A DNA stretch of 15,932 nucleotides from Salinispira sp. (lineage in GTDB: Bacteria; Spirochaetota; Spirochaetia; DSM-27196; Salinispiraceae), in the NCBI GenBank assembly GCA_965226555.1, contig CBDDDG010000013.1:1-15932 (forward strand). Reading direction: 5' to 3'. The notes beneath the pieces were generated by a model. That model saw only the letters and a program-made list of their open reading frames with translations. It did not search any database and had not been told where the DNA came from. How positions within the stretch are numbered: position 1 is the first letter of the stretch; each line of letters starts with the position of its first letter. Of the stretch, positions 14,286-15,932 are shown one piece after another. Both the position numbers and the translations under genes were made by a program.

Positions 14286-15932
14286 TCAAATTAAATTGTA
14301 ATGTTTTGCTGTATTGAATAATTCATTGTTCCAGATTGAATTTCTGAGGAAGAGCCGCTTATCCATTGGTTCATCGATGTTGTTTGAACGTTCCTGAAGA
14401 ATTTTTACAGCTCTGCTGAGGGTGGTAAGCCAATCTCTCTTATTTTCATTTTCTGACGACTGTTCCAACATACAAAAGTACCAGTAAAGAATGATGCTCA
14501 AATGAGGATCGGTTGAAGAAATCTTTTTTTCCCGCGTGAGCCAATGAAAATTTTTGATGCTTTCTGCGGTATTTCCATTCTTTCCCATGGCAAAGGCAGT
14601 AATGGCATAACGGAAATTAATGAGAGTGCTATCTTCCGCAGGATCTGAGACAAGCAGATCTTCAATCCATGAAAAACCGTGTTTCCATGTAAACATAAAG
14701 GAGAATGGGTGCCGCTTCGGTTCTTCCTCTTCCTGCCGGAGAACTGTGAGCGCGTTGCTGAACTGTCCCTGCATAATGAACGATTCAGCCGTAAACAGAA
14801 TTACTTCAGATGTCTGCGGAAGTCGTTTAAGTATTTTCATACCTGCTTTGAACATCCCCTGATACATAAAGCAGCGGGCAATCCATGCGTAAAAGAGCTC
14901 ATGAATTGCCTGAAATCCTCTATGAACGTTGAGTTGCCGTGTAAGGGTAATTTGCGCTTTCTGATACTCTCCCAAAGCAAAGTAGGTCCGCGCCATGAGA
15001 AAGGACGCAGCATCTACCCAACTGTACTGTCCTGTTCGGGTCAATTGCGCGATGAGACCATGTTCGCCTGTGAGTTTGTGCTTGACATCACTGTATCTGC
15101 ACCGTACAAAATTATTCAGCACAGACATAAATTGCGCAAATATACAATTATATTCACCGGCGGTATTGTTTTTTTCTACTATTGAAAAATAGTAAAGAGC
15201 TTCTTGGTGTCTGCTAAGACGATGATAGAGGTATCCGAAGATATTGTTTGCCTGACAGAGGATCTGTTCATCGTTGATCTGCTGGGCAAGAATAATTGCT
15301 TCCTTACAATTGTGCTTTGCCTTGTGAATATCTTCTCCCTGTATGTGGATGCCTGTTTGTATAATGAGCCATTGTTCTTTCCAGAAATTGTCACCTGAAA
15401 ATATACGGGGAATGCGTAATTTTGAAAATGCGCCCGATCCGCCCGATCCGCCGGATGCGCCCGATCCGCCCGATCCGCCGGATGCGCCCGCTTCCAGAGC
15501 AATTCCGGCATTAATAAGATCCTGTGTTTCCCGGTTCAAGGCAGTAGCGGCGATCTGCTGGGCCCGGGCATATTGACGGTGATCAATGAGCATTTTTGCA
15601 TAACGGTATGTGGCAGGCAGATATGTCTGATGTTTACCGAGTTTGCTTATAACATTGATGAGACCATCCTGTAATCGTACCGCATTACCGGGGTCAAATA
15701 TAAATTTCAGCGTATCGGGTATGAGGCCGGTCTGACTATATGTATGAGCGAGTCTGATAATTACATCGGTAAACGCAATGTTGTGCGTATGAAAAATATA
15801 GCCCTTTTCCCTGAGTTCCCGGTACAGTTTACCTGTTTCCGTATGCGATCGTTCCCGCGTATGAAAAAATGCAAAAACCTGATCTCTGCTCAGCCAAGGT
15901 CCAAAAAGCATAAGAAAATACAACAGTTCTCT
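14286..15932 (-). CDS. TPR-like helical protein, C-terminal part (5' end outside the window)
   Basis: The frame is open to the right edge. TPR-like segments such as FGYLYHRLSRHQEALYYF and MARTYFALGEYQKA. Confidence 0.75.
   Translation of the reverse strand, partial: RELLYFLMLFGPWLSRDQVFAFFHTRERSHTETGKLYRELREKGYIFHTHNIAFTDVIIRLAHTYSQTGLIPDTLKFIFDPGNAVRLQDGLINVISKLGKHQTYLPATYRYAKMLIDHRQYARAQQIAATALNRETQDLINAGIALEAGASGGSGGSGASGGSGGSGAFSKLRIPRIFSGDNFWKEQWLIIQTGIHIQGEDIHKAKHNCKEAIILAQQINDEQILCQANNIFGYLYHRLSRHQEALYYFSIVEKNNTAGEYNCIFAQFMSVLNNFVRCRYSDVKHKLTGEHGLIAQLTRTGQYSWVDAASFLMARTYFALGEYQKAQITLTRQLNVHRGFQAIHELFYAWIARCFMYQGMFKAGMKILKRLPQTSEVILFTAESFIMQGQFSNALTVLRQEEEEPKRHPFSFMFTWKHGFSWIEDLLVSDPAEDSTLINFRYAITAFAMGKNGNTAESIKNFHWLTREKKISSTDPHLSIILYWYFCMLEQSSENENKRDWLTTLSRAVKILQERSNNIDEPMDKRLFLRNSIWNNELFNTAKHYNLI
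15428..15490 (-). repeat. 27-bp tandem repeat (2.3 copies, 9-bp sub-period) encoding GASGGSGGS
   Basis: atgcgcccgatccgcccgatccgccgg twice, plus atgcgcccg. Confidence 0.9.

Overview
Bacterial chromosome segment, probably from a spirochaete (inferred from the lipoprotein signal style and the general character of argS and the TPR protein). Housekeeping genes lie at both ends. On the left are a partial lipoyl-domain E2, a YaiI/YqxD gene and manA. On the right are argS, sppA, a small AT-rich membrane protein, ptsH and a partial TPR protein. Between them is an accessory block (about 2171-8675): a complete 1626-bp DDE insertion sequence (24-bp TIRs, 9-bp TSD, outward promoter), an FN3/DUF285 surface lipoprotein, a highly structured GC-rich intergenic element, an Rpn (PD-(D/E)XK) gene and a propeller-like lipoprotein. 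The most unusual feature is the rpn gene. It is split into five otherwise stop-free coding segments by four related non-coding palindromic inserts (129, 131, 102 and 232 bp). Each insert starts with AC, ends with GT, shows no consistent target duplication and is built from one 11-bp hairpin arm plus 44-45-bp linkers. One insert is nested in the hairpin loop of another. Exact AC...GT excision restores the frame at three of four junctions; the remaining junction needs one extra A removed. The result is a complete Rpn of about 364 aa, and the internal RpnS-like ORF is uninterrupted.
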